Source of the DNA: Solirubrobacteraceae bacterium
GTDB taxonomy: Bacteria; Actinomycetota; Thermoleophilia; Solirubrobacterales; Solirubrobacteraceae
Assembly (NCBI GenBank): GCA_035571915.1
Contig: DATNBM010000093.1
Location: 24,237 to 88,236 of the forward strand
Direction: 5' to 3'
Length of the DNA: 64,000 nucleotides
The notes beneath the pieces are model-generated. The model worked only from the letters and a program-made list of their open reading frames with translations. It searched no databases and was not told the DNA's origin. This document shows positions 63,525 through 64,000 of the stretch, piece after piece; the stretch's first letter is position 1; each line of letters opens with the position of its first letter. Made by a program: the position numbers and the translations under genes.

Positions 63525-64000
63525 TTAGAAGAGGCTTTTGATGCCGCCGACGGCGGCGCTGCCGAGCACGATCTCGAGCGTCACGCCGGACAGGCCCACG
63601 ATCACCGCGGCGATCACCACGAGCACGTCCTCCATCAGCACGCCGAGCGAGAGCAGGACGACGCCCAGCGAGGGAAGCGTGTCCAGGCCGGTGAAGGGCG
63701 GGGCAAGGAAGGCAGCCAGTGATCCTCCGATCACGAGCACGCCGAAGACGACGTTGCTGAGGCGGTGGTTGAAGAGGAACCGCAGCCGCGGCTTCGAGAC
63801 CCGCTCCAGCCGCCGGATCATCTTCAGCAGCCCGGCGAGGAAGCGCTCGCGGCCGGGGCCCGCGAGCTCGATCCGCCGCCAGCGCGCGGGCAGCCAGATG
63901 CAATGAGCGCCGAACACGAGCTGCAGGGCGAGCAGGATCGCGATGATCTCGAAGACGTGCGTGGCGCCTCCCGTCGGGAGCGGCAGCGCGGGGACGCCGA
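63525..64000 (-). CDS. exoD: ExoD family membrane protein (5' end outside window)
   Basis: PALPLP, LALQL.FG...WLP, RLER..KPRL, PP..TLP and D in the last loop. Confidence 0.8.
   Translation of the reverse strand, partial: GVPALPLPTGGATHVFEIIAILLALQLVFGAHCIWLPARWRRIELAGPGRERFLAGLLKMIRRLERVSKPRLRFLFNHRLSNVVFGVLVIGGSLAAFLAPPFTGLDTLPSLGVVLLSLGVLMEDVLVVIAAVIVGLSGVTLEIVLGSAAVGGIKSLF

Noticed and set aside
1-64000. tRNA, rRNA, CRISPR arrays, transposases, prophage, defence genes
   Set aside because: None recognised by eye; the window is nearly fully accounted for by the listed genes.

Overview
Very high-GC monoderm bacterial DNA. Gene content and style suggest Actinomycetota, most likely Thermoleophilia/Solirubrobacterales (inference). 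Four blocks: (1) 1-8.9 kb: archaeal-type aspS fragment, valS, and an atypical heme-copper oxidase operon (cupredoxin-like gene, coxB, coxA, coxC, ctaG, an unannotated 45-aa membrane ORF, convergent sco). Its D- and K-proton-channel residues are substituted. (2) 8.9-44 kb: an essentially complete ~45-gene flagellar cluster with no chemotaxis genes, flgM or flhG. It has 10 clear (plus 1 weaker) sigma-28 promoters (TMAA-N15-GYCGA), many apparently leaderless, CsrA-type GGA hairpins in the fliC and flaG leaders, two candidate structured RNAs, a FliM with tandem SPOA domains and no CheY-binding peptide, and two signal-less peptidoglycan hydrolases. (3) 44-48.5 kb: a secreted beta-helix protein and the murL-murD2 alternative D-Glu peptidoglycan route. 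(4) 48.5-64 kb: metabolic and regulatory genes, including an overlapping operon of a papain-like Cys protein, a GS-like gamma-glutamyl ligase, an M20 amidohydrolase and TetR, plus an ECF sigma/anti-sigma pair, MMPL-MarR and exoD. Across the window, extracytoplasmic segments use GAA/AAA codons while cytoplasmic ones use GAG/AAG. No tRNA, rRNA, CRISPR or mobile element was recognised. All calls are by eye and from memory of the families; no searches were run.
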